DNA of 56,920 nt. Source: a virus (Duplodnaviria > Caudoviricetes). The notes under the pieces were generated by a model. The model searched no databases. It had not been told where the DNA came from and saw only the letters and a list, made by a program, of their open reading frames with translations. Shown here one piece after another: positions 56,446-56,920 of the stretch; the stretch's first letter is position 1; each line of letters opens with the position of its first letter. A program made the position numbers and the translations under genes. The stretch is from IMG/VR virus record IMGVR_UViG_3300025120_014399, positions 1-56,920 of that record; one strand, written 5' to 3'.

Positions 56446-56484
56446 TATGTATAGATATAATATTAATCAGGAAGAGTATTAAAT

Positions 56485-56920
56485 ATGTTAGTTAGTAGAA
56501 GAAAAATAAAAAAGCTAATCATTTCAGCTATCTTAGAACAAATTAATCTAAAAAATCATACTGAATGGTCGCTATTAAAAGAAAACATATCCGCAGCTGA
56601 CGGAGAGGCTCTTATAAAAGCTTCACAAAAAGGTGAAAAAGTTTTTAAAAAATTGTTTCGTAAGCTGGCCAGGAAATATCATCCCGATAAACTCCCCGGA
56701 CCTCGGGGTCTTAATGCATTTCAGCAGCTGAATAACGCCAATATCATCGCCAATAAGTCCTTCGACAACAACCGTACGCCCCCCCGATCATCTATCCGGA
56801 ATGGGATAAAAAACGGCCGCATGGATCCCAAAGCGCTAAAGAAAGCGCAAGAGGCATTCACCAAAGCAGCAGCTGAAAAAGCTAAAAAAGAAGCAGCTGA
56901 AAAAGCAGCTAAAGCAGCAG
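56485..56920 (+). CDS. tagged J-domain protein, 3'-truncated (not in ORF track)
   Basis: MLVSRRKIKKLIISAILE...FKKLFRKLARKYHPDK...AFQQLNNA...AAEKA repeats; open to window end. Confidence 0.7.
   Translation, partial: MLVSRRKIKKLIISAILEQINLKNHTEWSLLKENISAADGEALIKASQKGEKVFKKLFRKLARKYHPDKLPGPRGLNAFQQLNNANIIANKSFDNNRTPPRSSIRNGIKNGRMDPKALKKAQEAFTKAAAEKAKKEAAEKAAKAA

Noticed and set aside
1-56920. Alternative genetic code (stop-codon reassignment), common in some large phages
   Set aside because: TAA, TAG and TGA all end well-formed genes with tight ATGA/TAATG coupling, and known enzymes are full length under code 11.
1-56920. Cellular (bacterial) chromosome origin suggested by dnaE, groL, rpsU, clpS and sigma
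   Set aside because: These genes lack their normal operon partners and are scattered among phage-type hypothetical genes in a single-strand, high-density layout.
1-56920. tRNA, rRNA or CRISPR array
   Set aside because: Intergenic gaps are short. I saw no cloverleaf/T-loop pattern and no repeat-spacer periodicity by eye; tRNAscan or Infernal would be needed to exclude them fully.

Overview
AT-rich, densely coding window with almost every gene on the + strand. It reads as part of a large (jumbo/huge) dsDNA phage genome using the standard code. I saw no rRNA, tRNA, CRISPR array or major capsid/tail operon. Recognisable content: (1) replication genes: DnaE-type Pol III alpha, 5'-3' flap exonuclease, DinG/XPD-like helicase, DEDDh exonuclease; (2) nucleotide metabolism: dUTPase, thymidine kinase, dCMP deaminase, ThyX, Nudix, CodA-like amidohydrolase; (3) host-like proteostasis and translation genes: ClpS, GroEL, Hsp20 with a ROSE-like leader, a J-domain protein, thioredoxin, bS21; (4) sugar and sulfur enzymes, a probable lysis cassette and two lipoproteins resembling myxobacterial ones. 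Three signals stand out. First, an apparently split sigma-70: the gene stops after region 4.1 and the next, separately initiated ORF looks like the missing region 4.2 HTH; a recurrent TG(T/C)AAA-N16/17-TATAAT promoter class co-occurs. Second, a dNMP-kinase fused to a minimal thymidylate-synthase-fold domain carrying the cytosine-specifying Asp, suggesting a modified-cytosine pathway. Third, a portable basic amphipathic tag (MK[ILV][STN]RKQL[RK]K[IL]IxE...LxE) on 15-20 unrelated proteins, probably for capsid targeting and protease cleavage, often downstream of an ATAnTTA(T/G) late-promoter-like motif. All family calls come from motif recognition by eye; no searches were run.
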